DNA of 63,771 bases, filler included, from an uncultured Gemmatimonadota bacterium (GTDB lineage: Bacteria > Blakebacterota > Blakebacteria > Blakebacterales > Blakebacteraceae), in assembly GCA_964576115.1 (NCBI GenBank). It is 4 parts of 4 records of this genome, joined end to end, with 100 filler letters (N's around TTAATTAATTAA, not from the genome) between each part and the next. Parts side by side here need not be neighbours in the genome. Positions count along the whole stretch, not along the records: positions 39,139 to 58,489 come from CAZNUA010000055.1; 3 more parts are not named here. One strand, written 5' to 3'. Of the stretch, positions 39,375 through 50,337 are shown piece after piece. The translations under genes were made by a program, and so were the position numbers. The notes beneath the pieces are model-generated. The model was not told where the DNA came from and searched no databases. It saw only the letters and a program-made list of their open reading frames with translations. Position 1 is the first letter of the stretch. Each line of letters starts with the position of its first letter.

Positions 39375-41828
39375 TCAGAAGGCGGCGCTGACCGAAAAGG
39401 CCACATTCCGGCCGGTCACAGGTTCGAGGCGCCAGCTCAGGTCGAAACGCAGCATCCCCATGAAACGGCCGACCCCCACCCCCATTTCGGAGTAGATTTC
39501 CTCGCTGGCCCGGGCACCGTAGGCGGTCAGATCGGTGTTCGACACCCGCAGGCCGCACCACCCCACCGTACCGTGGAGGATGATATCCAGATCGAGCCGG
39601 CTGCCGGCCGGCACACCGAGCAGCCGCATGGGGATGCTCGAAAAGTTATGTTCGACCCAGAGCAGGCCCAGACGATCGCCGACGAAATCGCCGGGACGCA
39701 GGGTCATGAAGGCGCCGCGGCGGTATTCCCCCCCGCGGGCGCCGTGCAGATCGTAGAGACGCTGGGGAGGCATATCACCCCAGGCGTTGCCGGCCATGGC
39801 GATGACATCCAGATAGGCCGCCCCGAGTGTGTGCAGGCGCACCTCGGCCAGGGCCTCGCCGCGCATGAAGGAGAAGTCGCTGCCCCAGGTCACCCGGTCG
39901 GACATCTCGAAGTCGCCGCGCAGGATGATGTAGTTGCGTCCCTGGGTGGTGATTTCCTCGCCGGCGTACTCGACCAGGCGGCGGGTGTCGAGCTGGGCCG
40001 AGAGCGTACCGCTGCGCAGCCGTCCCTCGATGATCGGGGGATTCTCTCGAAAGGTGCGGCGCCGCTTGAAGGGTGATGCGGTGACTTCACGCGTCACGCT
40101 GCGGTGGCGTTCGTCGCGGTAGAGAAATTCCAGGCTCTGGGAACCTGCGGGTTTGAGCTGCAGACCGACAGTAAAGCCCTCGCTGCGGTAGTAGTCCACC
40201 GGATCGCTGCCGTAAAGCAGGGCCTGCCAGGTGATCCCCCCCGGAGTGTAGATCTGCATCCCCTCCCGGTACGCCAGCTCGCGGCCGTACCCGACCGAGA
40301 TATTTACTTCGGGAACGGCGATCAGGCGCTGGCGGCCCTCGAGACGCCAGGTGAGGTCGGCATCGGCAAAACCGAAGCCCGTCTGTGCCTCGAACGCCGA
40401 TCCGGCAATCCGGTTCTCCAGCTCGAGACCGATCCCGGGCCGCAGGCCCTCGATACGGTTGAAGCGCAGGCTCGGATGGATCCTGAGACGTCCTTCCCGG
40501 CGGCCTCCCCCGCCTCCACCAATCATGCGTATCATTGTGCGCATGAAGGGACTGGCCTCGGCCCACTCCCGCTCGATCTCGATATACGCCTCTTCTTCAG
40601 CCCGGGTCAGGGGCAGGATCTGGTGTCCCTCCCAGCGGGTGGAATCGGCGCTGTCGGCGGCCGGATCCACCTCCAGCTGATAGCGACCGAACACACCCGG
40701 CGGAAGCTGTTCGTTGATCGCATAGTCGTAACGCACGGCGTGCATTTCCATGAAGATGGGCAGGAAGTCCATGCCGATATCGAGACGGAAACGGATCAGA
40801 GAATCGATCGGCAGCCAGTAGCGGTCTTCGTAGAGCGCGAACTGCTGGCACAGCCGCCATTCGAGCAGGGGGGGCCGCTGGGTGGCCTCGTTGCCGGTGA
40901 CATCCACGTCGAGCAGGAGCCAGCTGTCATCGGCGATGACCATCGTGCCCCGGAACAGGGGCAGGAGCCGGGAACGCGGTTCGATCCCGATCCGGAAAGC
41001 CCGGCCGCCTCCGGCGGCGATGGTATCGAGGAGAGTGAAGACGTAGTGATCGAGAGCGCTCGTGGCCAGCGGGCTCAGGATCCGGATGGTGCCGATCTCG
41101 ATCCGCTCGCGGTTGAAACTGGGCAGGCGGCCCGAGGCGAAAATGTTCTGCTCGGCGGTATACATCGCCGACTGCCGGCGGGCCACGATCCGCTCCAGGT
41201 ATTCGTCGGGGGTCCGCCAGAAACCCTCGGTCTGCGTCTCCAGAATACCGCCGATCTGCTCCCCGGCCTCGACCGTATCGGGATCGATGTAGGTCATATC
41301 GGTTCGGGTATAGGCCTCGAACCGCAGGGTGCGCAGCGAGGCCATCATCTCGCGGCGGGCGAGGATGGCCCGGCGGACCACCTCCTGGGCCATATCGGTA
41401 ATACCGGGCCGTACGGTCACCGGCGGCATCACGATCGGGGCCGGCAGCAGAGACAGGTCTTCCTGCCGTCTTTCGCCCTCCCGCAGAGTCACCGTCAGGG
41501 TGTCAGGATCGTAGCCGATGACCGAGAAGGCGATCCGCCAGGCGCCCGGATCGAGCAGAAGCAGGTAGCGCCCCTCGGCATTGGTGATGGTGCCCCGGGA
41601 AGTTCCCAAAACCCGGATATTGGCCCGGGGCAGAGCCTGCCCGGTGGCGCCGTCGGTGACGGTGCCGGTCAGACGGGCCGGAGTCTGGGCAGAGGCCGGA
41701 GCGCATCCGATGGATACCAGGCCCGCGAGAAGACACAGTCCGACAACGCTCCGGCACCGCAAACCGGACCGGGGGCCTGCGCCGACCCCGGTCAGCCGTC
41801 GGTCCTGTCGGCGTTTCCTTTCCGGCAT
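39375..41828 (-). CDS. Carboxypeptidase-regulatory-like domain + DUF5686-type outer-membrane protein
   Basis: Signal peptide, LTGTVTD.ATGQALP.ANI, GTITNAEGRY, FNRIEG, C-terminal F. Confidence 0.7.
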   Translation of the reverse strand: MPERKRRQDRRLTGVGAGPRSGLRCRSVVGLCLLAGLVSIGCAPASAQTPARLTGTVTDGATGQALPRANIRVLGTSRGTITNAEGRYLLLLDPGAWRIAFSVIGYDPDTLTVTLREGERRQEDLSLLPAPIVMPPVTVRPGITDMAQEVVRRAILARREMMASLRTLRFEAYTRTDMTYIDPDTVEAGEQIGGILETQTEGFWRTPDEYLERIVARRQSAMYTAEQNIFASGRLPSFNRERIEIGTIRILSPLATSALDHYVFTLLDTIAAGGGRAFRIGIEPRSRLLPLFRGTMVIADDSWLLLDVDVTGNEATQRPPLLEWRLCQQFALYEDRYWLPIDSLIRFRLDIGMDFLPIFMEMHAVRYDYAINEQLPPGVFGRYQLEVDPAADSADSTRWEGHQILPLTRAEEEAYIEIEREWAEASPFMRTMIRMIGGGGGGRREGRLRIHPSLRFNRIEGLRPGIGLELENRIAGSAFEAQTGFGFADADLTWRLEGRQRLIAVPEVNISVGYGRELAYREGMQIYTPGGITWQALLYGSDPVDYYRSEGFTVGLQLKPAGSQSLEFLYRDERHRSVTREVTASPFKRRRTFRENPPIIEGRLRSGTLSAQLDTRRLVEYAGEEITTQGRNYIILRGDFEMSDRVTWGSDFSFMRGEALAEVRLHTLGAAYLDVIAMAGNAWGDMPPQRLYDLHGARGGEYRRGAFMTLRPGDFVGDRLGLLWVEHNFSSIPMRLLGVPAGSRLDLDIILHGTVGWCGLRVSNTDLTAYGARASEEIYSEMGVGVGRFMGMLRFDLSWRLEPVTGRNVAFSVSAAF

Positions 41829-42162
41829 CCCGCGCTCCAGATCCTCCTGCCAGGCCGATGACCAGGCCGATTCCCTTCCCAGGAACCCGGGCCAGCCATA
41901 ATCCGTTCATACCATAGTACTATATGGTGCGTGGCGCGGGTTGTTTTCATAGTATAATGGCACCGACTCAACCGCGTCCCCGGACGCAGGCCAACTTCCT
42001 GCCCGCGTCCGGCAAACGGACGAGACAGCTCCCGGCGAACGGATCGACAGCATGGCCGAACANNNNNNNNNNNNNNNNNNNNNNNNNNNNNNNNNNNNNN
42101 NNNNNNNNNNNNNNNNNNNNNNNNNNNNNNNNNNNNNNNNNNNNNNNNNNNNNNNNNNNNNN

Positions 42163-43999
42163 GCTACGGGCCGGGATGGAACTGCAGAGCGTCGAGGGCC
42201 TGCCCTCCCTGCCGGCCGTCGACGAGCCGCCCGAAGTCGCCGGGGTCGAGATCGAGGAGGTCGAGGTCCTCGTCATCGGCGCCGGTCCGGCGGGTCTGTC
42301 GGCCGCGATCGAACTGGGCCGGGAGGGGGTGGAAGTCCTCATCGTCGACGACAAGGACCGCCCCGGGGGCAAGCTGGTCCTGCAGACCCACAAGTTCTTC
42401 GGTTCGGTCGAGGACTCGTGGGCGGGCACCCGCGGTTACCAGATCGCGGAGATCCTGGCCGAAGAAGTGGCCGGGCTGCCCACCGTGCAGCTGGCGCTGG
42501 AAACGACCGCGGTGGGGGTCTTCAGCGACCGGATCGTCGGCCTGGTCAGCGGGGGCCGCTACCGCCTGGTGCGCCCGCAGGGCCTGCTCGTGGCCGCCGG
42601 CGCGCGTGAGAAGATGCTCCCCTTCCCCGGCAACACCCTGCCCGGGGTGATCGGCGCCGGGGCTTTCCAGACCCTGGTCAACCGCGACCTGATCCGGCCC
42701 TGCGAGCGGCTGCTGATCGTCGGGGGAGGCAACGTGGGTCTGATCGCCGGGTACCACGCCATCCAGGCCGGCATCGAGGTGGTAGCCCTGATCGAGGCCC
42801 TGCCCCATGTCGGCGGGTACGTGGTCCACGCCGACAAACTGCGCCGGCTGGGCGTGCCGATCTTCACCCGCCACACCGTCACCGCCGCTCACGGCACCGA
42901 TCACGTCGAGGCCGTGACGATCGCCGAACTGGACGAGAACTGGCAGGTCGTCGAGGGCACCGACCGCACTTTCGAGGTGGATACCGTTCTGATCGCCGTC
43001 GGCCTGACCGAGGTCAACGAGTTCGCTCTCAAAGCGGCGGCGTTCGGCCTGCCGGTCCGCAGCGCCGGCGACGCCCAGGAGATCGCCGAGGCTTCGGCGG
43101 CCATGTTCAGCGGCCGGATCGAGGGGCGGGAACTGGCACGTCTGCTGGGCCGCGAGGTCGGGGAGATACCCCGGGAGTGGCGGGAAAAGGTGACGGTCCT
43201 CAAATCCCTGCCCGGCAAGGTGGAGCCCTTCCGGCACCCCGAGCCCGATAGCGGGGTCATGCCGGTGCTGCACTGTCGCCAGGAAGTCCCCTGCAACCCC
43301 TGCACTTCGGTCTGCCCGCAGGGCGCCATCCACACCGAGGACGACACGATTACCGGCCTGCCCTTCTTCGACGAGGGCGCCGGGTGCACCGGATGCATGA
43401 ACTGCGTGGGCATCTGCCCCGCCCTGGCGGTCACCCTGGTCGACTACCGCAATGATCCCGAGCACCCGACCGTGACCCTGCCGTATGAAATCTGGCGCGA
43501 CAAAGTCGAAAAAGGCCACCGGGTCATGATCACCGACGAGGAAGGGGCCGTCCTGGGCGAGTACGAGGTCCAGCGGGTGATGGCGCCGAAGAAATACCCC
43601 GGCACCCTGCTGGTTCAGGTGGCCATGGAACCCGAGAAGGCCAAGCTGGCCGCCGGGGTGTGGGTACAGGAGGCCGACCGCGACCCGCTCGAGGTGTGGC
43701 AGACCGAACCGCTGCCCGACGAGGCCATCGTGTGCCGCTGCGAGCGGGTCACAGCCGGTGAGATCCGGGCCCGGATCCAGGCCGGCCTGCGCGACCTGAA
43801 CGAGATCAAGACGGTCACCCGGGCGGGAATGGGCGCCTGTGGTTCGAAGACCTGCCGACCGATGATCCTGCGCCTGTTCGCCGAAGAGGGGATCGATCCC
43901 GGCGAGGTCACCGACCGCACCGACCGGCCCCTCTTCGTCGAAGTGCCGCTGGGCACCCTGGCCGGTCTGACCGAGGAACAGGATTCCGATCGTGCCTGA
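42163..43999 (+). CDS. FAD oxidoreductase with 2x[4Fe-4S] and BFD-like [2Fe-2S] domains (proline/sarcosine dehydrogenase alpha-like); 5' end in gap
   Basis: GAGPAG, GGKLVLQTHKFFG, GGGNVG, PCNPCTSVCP, CTGCMNCVGICP, CRCE...MGACGSKTC. Confidence 0.8.
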
Positions 44000-45143
44000 A
44001 AGGGATGTCATCATCATCGGAGCCGGCTCGGTCGGCACTCCCCTGGCCCTCGCCCTGGCCGAACGGGGCCTGCGGCCGCTCATCATCGATTCGGCCGCCT
44101 CGACCGGTCAGGGCGAGAACAAACATGCCATCGGCGGGGTGCGGGCCACCCACTCCGACCCGGCCAAGATCCTCGCCTGCCGGCGCTCGATCGAGATCTT
44201 CTCGACCTGGGAGGAGCGCCACGGCGACGATATCGAGTGGCTGCAGGGCGGCTATACCTTCCCGGTCTACCGCGAGCAGGATGAAGCGACCCTGACGGGC
44301 CTCTTTGAGGTCCAGCACGCTCACGGTCTCGAGATCGACTGGGTCGATCCCGACACGATCGCCGAACTGGTGCCGGGCATCGCCGTCGAGGGTCTGCGGG
44401 GGGGCACCCACAGCCCCGGTGACGGGAGCGTCAGCCCCCTGCTGGCCGGCAACGCCTTCTACCGGCGGGCACGGTCTCTGGGGGCCGAATTCCGCTTTCA
44501 CGAGACCGTGCAGCAGATCGCGACCGCCAACGGCCGCGTGACCGGGGTGGTGACCGACCGCGGCACCCATCGGGCACCGGTGGTGGTCAACGCCGCCGGC
44601 CCGAACGCCCGGGCCGTCGGCGCTACGGTCGGTCTCGACCTGCCGGTCCAGCCCGACAGCCACGAAGCGGGAATCACCGAACCGATCGAGCCCTTCTTCC
44701 GGACCATGGTCGTGGATCTGCGCCCCGCCCCCGGCTCGGCCAACTTCTATTTCTACCAGAGCCGCCACGCCCAGGTGGTCTTCTGCCTGACCCCCGATCC
44801 GCCCGTGATCGGGACCGACATCCGCGAGACCTCGGTGTTTTTACCGATGGTGGCCCGCCGGTTGGTGAAATTGCTGCCCCGTCTGCGTCACCTGCGGGTG
44901 CGCCGGGTCTGGCGGGGGCTCTACCCCATGACCCCCGACGGCTCGCCTCTCATCGGACAGGCCGACGGACCCGAGGGTCTGCTGCACGCCGTCGGCATGT
45001 GCGGTCAGGGTCTGATGCTGGGTCCCGGTCTGGCCGAGACGGTAGCCCGCCTCATCACCGGCGAACTCACCGACACTGACCGGATCATCCTGGAAGGTTT
45101 CGCACCCGACCGGGACTTTGCAGGCACCGAAGCCCTGAAGTAG
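43992..45143 (+). CDS. DAO-family FAD oxidoreductase (proline/sarcosine dehydrogenase beta-like)
   Basis: IIIGAGSVG, VNAAG, WRGLYPMTPDGSPLIG, GMCGQGLMLGP; overlaps upstream stop. Confidence 0.8.
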   Translation: MPERDVIIIGAGSVGTPLALALAERGLRPLIIDSAASTGQGENKHAIGGVRATHSDPAKILACRRSIEIFSTWEERHGDDIEWLQGGYTFPVYREQDEATLTGLFEVQHAHGLEIDWVDPDTIAELVPGIAVEGLRGGTHSPGDGSVSPLLAGNAFYRRARSLGAEFRFHETVQQIATANGRVTGVVTDRGTHRAPVVVNAAGPNARAVGATVGLDLPVQPDSHEAGITEPIEPFFRTMVVDLRPAPGSANFYFYQSRHAQVVFCLTPDPPVIGTDIRETSVFLPMVARRLVKLLPRLRHLRVRRVWRGLYPMTPDGSPLIGQADGPEGLLHAVGMCGQGLMLGPGLAETVARLITGELTDTDRIILEGFAPDRDFAGTEALK

Positions 45144-45158
45144 CGGGCGGTCCGACAC

Positions 45159-46535
45159 GTGCAGCGACGCGAAGAAAATCGAACCCGCCTCCTCGAAGGA
45201 CCGATCGGCCTGACCCTGTTGCGTCTGACCGTGCCGATGATCGCCGCCGTCATGGCCATGGTGGCTTTCAACCTGACCGACACCTTCTTCGTCGGCCGTC
45301 TGGGCACTGCCTCGCTGGCGGCGATGAGCTTCACCTTTCCGATCGTCTTCATCGTCAATAGCCTCACCATGGGAATCGGGATGGGTGTCTCGGCGGTCGT
45401 GAGCCGGGCCATCGGAGCCGGTGACGAAGAGCAGGTCCGCCGCCTGACGACCGACAGTCTGCTGCTGGCCGTGATCATGGTCGCGATCCTGGCCACGATC
45501 GGACTGCTTACCATCCGCCCCGTCTTCACCCTGCTCGGCGCCCGGGCCGAGATCCTCGAACTGGTCCGGGGTTACATCTCGATCTGGTTCGCCGGCGTGA
45601 TCTTCGTCGTCATCCCGATGGTCGGCAACAGCGCCATCCGGGCCACCGGTGACACCAAGACCCCGAGCCTGATCATGATCACGGCGGTGGCGGTCAATAT
45701 CGTGCTCGATCCCCTGCTCATCTTCGGGATCGGCCCCTTTCCCCGGCTGGAGCTGGCCGGGGCCGCGGCGGCTACCGTTGCAGCCCGAGCCGTCACGATG
45801 GTGGTCTCGCTGCGGATCCTGATCAGGCGCGAGCACATGATCAGCTTCCGGCGCCCCCGACTGCAGGAAGTCCTCGCCTCCTGGAAGAGTGTGCTCTATA
45901 TCGGCCTGCCCACGGCCGCGACCCACATGGTGATCCCGCTCGGGATCGGGATCATCACCCGACTGGTCGCCGGGTACGGGCCGGCGGCGGTGGCGGCCTA
46001 CGGTGTGGGTGGCAGGATAGACCCGATCGCCATGGGCACCATCATGGCTCTGGGCTCAGCCCTGGGGCCCTTCGTGGGCCAGAACCTGGGAGCGGGTCAG
46101 ATCCCCCGGGTCTGGACCGCCGTGCGATACAGTCATGCCTTCTCGCTCGTCTGGGGAGCACTGGCTTTCGGGCTGCTGGCGATCTTCGCCCGCCCACTGG
46201 CCGATGTCTTCAGCAACGACCCCGAGGTCGTGTCCATCGTCACCCGCTACCTGCACATCATGCCGCTCGGCTACGGCTTCTGGGGTATCTCGATGCTCTC
46301 GAACACGACCCTGAACGTCCTGCACCGACCGTGGCACGCCTCGGGTGTGACGGTCTTCTACATCTTCGGTCTCTACATCCCCCTGGCCCTGCTCGGCTCG
46401 CATCTCATCGGACTGCACGGGATCTTCTGGGGCGGTGCCTCGGCGGCCCTGGGGGGCGGCACGATCGCGTATGTCGTCCTGCGCCGGGTGGTCCTGGCCG
46501 AGTGCCGCGAGGCCTGTATCGAACCGGTGGCCTGA
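45159..46535 (+). CDS. MATE-family efflux transporter
   Basis: NLTDTFFVGRLG, RATGDTKTP, NIVLDPLLIFG, GQNLGA; about 12 TM segments. Confidence 0.9.
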   Translation: MQRREENRTRLLEGPIGLTLLRLTVPMIAAVMAMVAFNLTDTFFVGRLGTASLAAMSFTFPIVFIVNSLTMGIGMGVSAVVSRAIGAGDEEQVRRLTTDSLLLAVIMVAILATIGLLTIRPVFTLLGARAEILELVRGYISIWFAGVIFVVIPMVGNSAIRATGDTKTPSLIMITAVAVNIVLDPLLIFGIGPFPRLELAGAAAATVAARAVTMVVSLRILIRREHMISFRRPRLQEVLASWKSVLYIGLPTAATHMVIPLGIGIITRLVAGYGPAAVAAYGVGGRIDPIAMGTIMALGSALGPFVGQNLGAGQIPRVWTAVRYSHAFSLVWGALAFGLLAIFARPLADVFSNDPEVVSIVTRYLHIMPLGYGFWGISMLSNTTLNVLHRPWHASGVTVFYIFGLYIPLALLGSHLIGLHGIFWGGASAALGGGTIAYVVLRRVVLAECREACIEPVA

Positions 46536-46580
46536 GATGGAGGAACCCATCCGGCGATCGCCGGGTAGCAGGAGAAGAAC

Positions 46581-48521
46581 ATGAGGAGCAGAGCCCTCAG
46601 TCACCTTTACTCCAGGGAGAATGAATCTCTCATGTTTAACCGCCTCACCACCCTTCGCCGGCAGCGCTCCCTCCGACCAAACCGGACCGGTCGCTCGCTA
46701 TGGTCGGCCGGGCTGCTGCCCGGTGCCCTCCTCATCGCCAGCCTCGTCGCCTGCACTCAGGCCCCGGCCCAGGAGTACCCGGTCACCTTCACGGTCACGA
46801 TGGAGAACCCGCAGCTGCATTACTACGGGGTCGAACTCCGGGTTCCCGAGGTCCCGGCCGGCGAACACATCGACCTGATCATGCCGGTCTGGATCCCGGG
46901 CTCGTACATGATCCGGGAATACCCCCAGTACGTGAACGACGAAGCCGCCCGCGATCTGACCGGCACCCCCCTGCCCTTCGAGAAGGTGACCAAGAACCGC
47001 TGGCGGGTCGAGACCGAGGGCGCCGACGGACTGATCTTCACCTACCGGGTCTTCGCCTGGGAGAAGACCATCCGGCACTCCTATCTGGATGAAGACCGGG
47101 CCATCATCAACGGGCCGCACATGTTCATGTTCCCCGAGCCTTTCAAGGACTCCCCCGTGCGGGTCGAGATCCGCCCCGGCCCCGGCCATCCCCGGATCGC
47201 CACCGGCATGGATTCCGAACCCGGTTCGCCCTTCACCCTGCACGCCGATGATTTCGACCAGATGTTCGACTCCCCCATCGAGATGGGCGATATCGAGGTC
47301 CTCCGCTTCCGGGTCGGGGGGGTACCCCACGAGATCGCGGTCTCGGGCCCCGGACCGGTCAACGGTCCCCTGCTCACCCGCCACGTCCGGCGGATCGTGG
47401 AGACCGCCGTCTCGATCGTGGGCGAGATCCCCTATGACCGCTACGTCTTCATGATGGCGCAGGACGTGGACGGGGGCGGCCTGGAGCACGCCAACTCCAC
47501 CTTCCTCGGCTTTCCCGGCGGGTATCTGGGCTCGGAGAACAGTATCCGCCAGCTGCTCGGGCTCATAGCCCACGAGTTCTTCCACGTCTGGAACGTCAAG
47601 CGCATCCGGCCGATCGAACTGGGACCCTTCGATTACAGCCGGGAAAACTACACCCGCTCCCTCTGGGTGGCGGAGGGACTGACGGTATACTACGACAAGC
47701 AGATCCGCCTGCGGGCCGGCTACCTGAGTCCGGAGGAATTCCTCGGTGAACTGCAGAACGAGATATTCCAATACCTCTTTCAGCCCGGTCACCTGCGTCA
47801 GAGCCCCGAAGAGGCCAGCTTCGATGCCTGGATCAAGACCTATCACTCCCACGCCGAGACCTTCAATACGACCTTCTCCTACTACACCAGCGGCAGTCTG
47901 ATCGGGGCCCTGCTCGACCTGGACATCATTGCGGCGACCGGGGGCGAGAAAAGCCTCGACGACGTCATGCGCTACCTCTGGCAGGAGTATTACGAGCGCC
48001 TGGACCGTGGTTACACACCGGCCGAGTTCCAGGCCGCCTGCGAAACGATCGCCGGCAAGAGCTATGAAGACTTCTTCATCCGCTACGTGCGCAGCCGGAC
48101 CGAACTGGAATTCAATCCCTTCCTGGCCCACGCCGGCCTTCGGATCGTGCGCGGACCAGGCCCGTCGGTTGAAGGCCCCTACATGGGTGTGAGCCTGAAC
48201 ACCGAGGGTGGCCGGGTGCGTATCACCGGTCTGATCGACGACACCCCCGGCTGGCACCAGGGCCTGAGTGTGGGGGATGAGATCGTGGCCCTGAACGGGG
48301 AGCGGTTCGACGACTATGCCGGGTACCGGGCCCTGTACGGTCAGTCCGAACCGGGTGACACCATCCGGGTGACGGTCGTGCGCAACGGCACTGAACTCAC
48401 CCTCCCGATCACCCAGACCGGGTGGCCTCTCTCGGCCGCGATCGAGCCGGTCGAGAATCCGACCCCGGAACAGATACGGATCTACGCCCGCTGGCTGCGC
48501 AGCGGCGGCAACGCTCCCTGA
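46581..48521 (+). CDS. M61 glycyl aminopeptidase with C-terminal PDZ
   Basis: MPVWIPGSY, GGLEH, HEFFHVWNVKR, WVAEGLT.YY, GL.VGDEIVALNG; start may be 46632. Confidence 0.9.
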   Translation: MRSRALSHLYSRENESLMFNRLTTLRRQRSLRPNRTGRSLWSAGLLPGALLIASLVACTQAPAQEYPVTFTVTMENPQLHYYGVELRVPEVPAGEHIDLIMPVWIPGSYMIREYPQYVNDEAARDLTGTPLPFEKVTKNRWRVETEGADGLIFTYRVFAWEKTIRHSYLDEDRAIINGPHMFMFPEPFKDSPVRVEIRPGPGHPRIATGMDSEPGSPFTLHADDFDQMFDSPIEMGDIEVLRFRVGGVPHEIAVSGPGPVNGPLLTRHVRRIVETAVSIVGEIPYDRYVFMMAQDVDGGGLEHANSTFLGFPGGYLGSENSIRQLLGLIAHEFFHVWNVKRIRPIELGPFDYSRENYTRSLWVAEGLTVYYDKQIRLRAGYLSPEEFLGELQNEIFQYLFQPGHLRQSPEEASFDAWIKTYHSHAETFNTTFSYYTSGSLIGALLDLDIIAATGGEKSLDDVMRYLWQEYYERLDRGYTPAEFQAACETIAGKSYEDFFIRYVRSRTELEFNPFLAHAGLRIVRGPGPSVEGPYMGVSLNTEGGRVRITGLIDDTPGWHQGLSVGDEIVALNGERFDDYAGYRALYGQSEPGDTIRVTVVRNGTELTLPITQTGWPLSAAIEPVENPTPEQIRIYARWLRSGGNAP

Positions 48522-48607
48522 CGCTTCGTACACCGTTTCGTCATGACGCTCGCATTCGAGGGCCGACGCATTCCACCCGTCAGCAGCCCTGAAGAGGCTG
48601 TGAGCAA

Positions 48608-49483
48608 TCAGTCGAGCCGGGAGAGCAAACGGTCGAGGGAGGTTTCGTTCAGATCCAGGGCCAGATCGGTTTCGGGATCGGCCCCCAGAGCCAGACCCAG
48701 AAGCTGGGGATAGAGCAGCGTCCCGATCCGGTACTGCGTACCGTACTTTTTGTTCACCTCGTCCTGCATGGTGCCGTACATGAGGTAGCAGGTCGGGCAC
48801 TGCACCACCAGCGCGTCGACCTCGCGCTCGGTGAGATTCTGCAGCTTCTTCCGTACGAGCGCGAACGAGATATCCTTGGCGACCGGGAAAGCCTTGCCCC
48901 CGCAGCACAGGGTCAGGGTCTCGTAGTCGACCGGCTCGGCCCCGGTCAAAGCGATCAGGCGGTGCAGGGTGAATGGCGCGTCGGGGTCATCGGGCCCGTC
49001 GAGGATCGCCTCGGGTCTGAGAGTGTGACAGCCGTAGTGCGGAGCGATGCGGATGCCCGAGAGATCCCTGGCGAGTTCGAGAGCCCGACCGGCGCCCTCG
49101 ATCTCTTCGTAGAGGACGTGGGAAAAGTGCCTGACCCGAACCCCGCCCTCATAGGCCAGATCGAGCGCCCGGAGCCGGTCGTTGACGGCCTCGCGGACGG
49201 TCTCATCCTCCAGTTTCTGCGCCGCATCGGCCAGTACCCCGGTGCAGGTGGGACAGAGCGAGAGGATGTCCAGACCCATCCGGGAAGCCTGGACCAGATT
49301 CACGGCGGCAAGCTGCAGGGCGCCCTCGCCGTCCAGGTCGATCTGACTGAACCCGCAGCAGATGAAATCGGTGCTGTCCACCAGATCGATGCCGAGCCGT
49401 TCGCAGACCCAGCGGGCCGCCACCTCGTACTGCACGACGTGGACCGGGGTCGTACACCCCAGAAAGAGAGCATAGCGGCTCAT
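48608..49483 (-). CDS. hdrB: Heterodisulfide reductase subunit B-like
   Basis: Two CCG domains: FLGC/ICCG/CPTC and HYGCH/LCCGG/CPTC; YPQLLGLALG. Confidence 0.85.
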   Translation of the reverse strand: MSRYALFLGCTTPVHVVQYEVAARWVCERLGIDLVDSTDFICCGFSQIDLDGEGALQLAAVNLVQASRMGLDILSLCPTCTGVLADAAQKLEDETVREAVNDRLRALDLAYEGGVRVRHFSHVLYEEIEGAGRALELARDLSGIRIAPHYGCHTLRPEAILDGPDDPDAPFTLHRLIALTGAEPVDYETLTLCCGGKAFPVAKDISFALVRKKLQNLTEREVDALVVQCPTCYLMYGTMQDEVNKKYGTQYRIGTLLYPQLLGLALGADPETDLALDLNETSLDRLLSRLD

Positions 49484-50076
49484 CGGCGCCGGCGCCTCTC
49501 GACCCTGCGGCCCAGATCGGAGGCTTCGATCACGGCCCGGGCCTTTTCGCCCTCGCAGGCGAGCTCGGGCAGAGAGCGGGCGCGTCGCTTCTCCCGAAGC
49601 GACTCATCGGTGCGGTAAATGACGCCCGTCCGGGCCAGATTGCGGGTCTGGATGATCCAGGGATAGGGCGTGTGGCCCTCCCGGGCCGCCATGTTCTTCA
49701 GGACATTCAGGATGTGGTAGAGCTGGACGTTCTGCGGGCAGTGCTCCTCGCAGCTGTGACAGGCCGTACAGGCCCAGAGATGCGGACTCGACAGAACCGC
49801 GGTTCTCAGACCCAGCTTGACCATCAGGGCCAGCTTGCGGGGATCGAATTCGGGGAAGACCTCGTGGACCGGGCAGCCGGCCGTGCACGAGGCGCAGGCA
49901 TAACAGTGGTTCAGCCCCCGGGCTTCCTCATGACTCATGACCTCGCGCGGGAAATCGGGATCCAGATCGTCAATGGTGAGAGAGGCTTCGGCACCCTCCT
50001 CCTGAGCCTGCCCGGGCCCGTCCCCGGTCTCCGGTTCACGCTTTGGCGGCGGTTTCTGTTTCTTATTCGAGCTCAT
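49480..50076 (-). CDS. hdrC: Heterodisulfide reductase subunit C-like
   Basis: CYACASCTAGCP, PRK, WACTACHSCEEHCPQNV, LKNMA. Confidence 0.85.
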   Translation of the reverse strand: MSSNKKQKPPPKREPETGDGPGQAQEEGAEASLTIDDLDPDFPREVMSHEEARGLNHCYACASCTAGCPVHEVFPEFDPRKLALMVKLGLRTAVLSSPHLWACTACHSCEEHCPQNVQLYHILNVLKNMAAREGHTPYPWIIQTRNLARTGVIYRTDESLREKRRARSLPELACEGEKARAVIEASDLGRRVERRRRR

Positions 50077-50323
50077 CGAGGATCGCCTTCTTCAGCTCCT
50101 CTTTCTCCGGCAGCCCGATGAATTTCAGGATCCCGTTAATGGCGATGGCGGGGACCGACATGATCCCGTATCCGGCGGCCCGCGTCGGGTCGACCGTGAT
50201 ATCCACTTCTTCGACGATCAGCTCGCAGTCGAGCTCGCCGGAGAGGTGCTCGAGCAGGGCCTTGACCGCCGGACAGTCGACACACCCGGGAGAGCTGAAG
50301 TCCTCGATGAACACTTCCTGCAT
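50063..50323 (-). CDS. Small thioredoxin/glutaredoxin-like protein (MJ0307/MTH807-like)
   Basis: FSSPGCVDCP, YGIMSVPAIAING..FIGLP.KEEL; AGGAG RBS. Confidence 0.8.
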   Translation of the reverse strand: MQEVFIEDFSSPGCVDCPAVKALLEHLSGELDCELIVEEVDITVDPTRAAGYGIMSVPAIAINGILKFIGLPEKEELKKAILDELE

Positions 50324-50337
50324 TGACGTCCGACTCC

